Assembly: GCA_031409655.1 (NCBI GenBank)
Contig: JANNXQ010000178.1
Span: forward strand, 1-16,675
Direction of reading: 5' to 3'
DNA length: 16,675 nt
DNA from: Chthoniobacteraceae bacterium
Lineage (GTDB): Bacteria > Verrucomicrobiota > Verrucomicrobiia > Chthoniobacterales > Chthoniobacteraceae
Positions 16,160 to 16,675 of this stretch are shown here, piece by piece. Below the pieces are notes generated by a model that was given only the letters and a program-made list of their open reading frames with translations, did no database searches and was not told where the DNA came from. A program made the translations under genes and the position numbers. Within the stretch, counting starts at the first letter, position 1; the number at the start of each line of letters is the position of its first letter.

Positions 16160-16674
16160 GACCGACGGGCGAGGGAAAGTTCGACGATGCGGCGGCAGAG
16201 CTCGGGATAGGTGAGGCCGACGACGGCGGCCGCCTCGGGGAGAAGACTCGAGGGCGTCATCCCGGGAATGGTATTGATCTCGAGAACAAAAGGTTGGCCG
16301 TGCGCATTGAGGAGCACATCGACGCGCGAATACACTTCGAGTTCGAGGGCCTGATGCGCGGCGAGGGCCGACTCCTGGACGCATTTGGTTTCTTCCGGCG
16401 TGAGCGCAGCGGGACAGAAGTGTTCGGCGCCGGGAGCGTTTGGATTCAGGAAGGGGTACTTGTTTTCGAAATTGTAGAAGTCCTTCTTCGCCACGATCTC
16501 GATCACGGGCAGAACCTGCGAACCGACGATGCCCACGGTGAGTTCACGCCCGGCGATGTATTCCTCGACGAGAAGTTCGCGCGCGTAGCGGTGCGCTTCG
16601 TTCACGGATTCATCGACCTTGGCCGCTTCCTTCACGATGTACACGCCGACGCTCGAGCCTTCCTTCGGCGCCTT
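16156..16674 (-). CDS. ddl: D-alanine--D-alanine ligase, 3' part (5' end outside the window)
   Basis: KAPKEGSSVGV, VEEYIAGRELTVGI, FYNFENKY omega loop, YSRVD, LEINTIPGMT.SLLP. Confidence 0.95.
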   Translation of the reverse strand, partial: KAPKEGSSVGVYIVKEAAKVDESVNEAHRYARELLVEEYIAGRELTVGIVGSQVLPVIEIVAKKDFYNFENKYPFLNPNAPGAEHFCPAALTPEETKCVQESALAAHQALELEVYSRVDVLLNAHGQPFVLEINTIPGMTPSSLLPEAAAVVGLTYPELCRRIVELSLARRS

Positions 16675-16675
16675 G

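Noticed and set aside
16456..16482. Possible D-Ala-D-Lac ligase (Phe in the omega loop, FYNFENKY)
   Set aside because: The determinant residue after the Lys (E. coli DdlB Y216 equivalent) is Tyr, consistent with an ordinary D-Ala-D-Ala ligase.

Overview
GC-rich bacterial chromosomal window, probably Verrucomicrobiota (inferred from the FtsZ C-terminus GRFEKSEPT...DLDVPTFLRR and the C-terminal domain of the secreted glycosidase). Left to right: a partial secreted-protein gene; a HxlR regulator divergent from a DinB-family gene and a MATE exporter; a multi-domain secreted GH10 xylanase; lpdA; mpg; a ~3.9 kb accessory island; and the 3' end of the dcw cluster (ddl-ftsQ-ftsA-ftsZ, minus strand). 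The island is the most interesting part. It holds a decayed fibronectin-III-like gene fragment, a self-complementary 21/42-bp tandem array, and a four-gene unit: Dcm/M.EcoRII-like C5 methyltransferase, an endonuclease fusing an EcoRII-N-like DNA-binding domain to an HNH nuclease, an orphan 125-aa ORF, and vsr. By manual scan CCWGG is absent from these four coding sequences but occurs twice in the 39-bp spacer before the orphan ORF. All calls come from motif recognition by eye; no searches were run.
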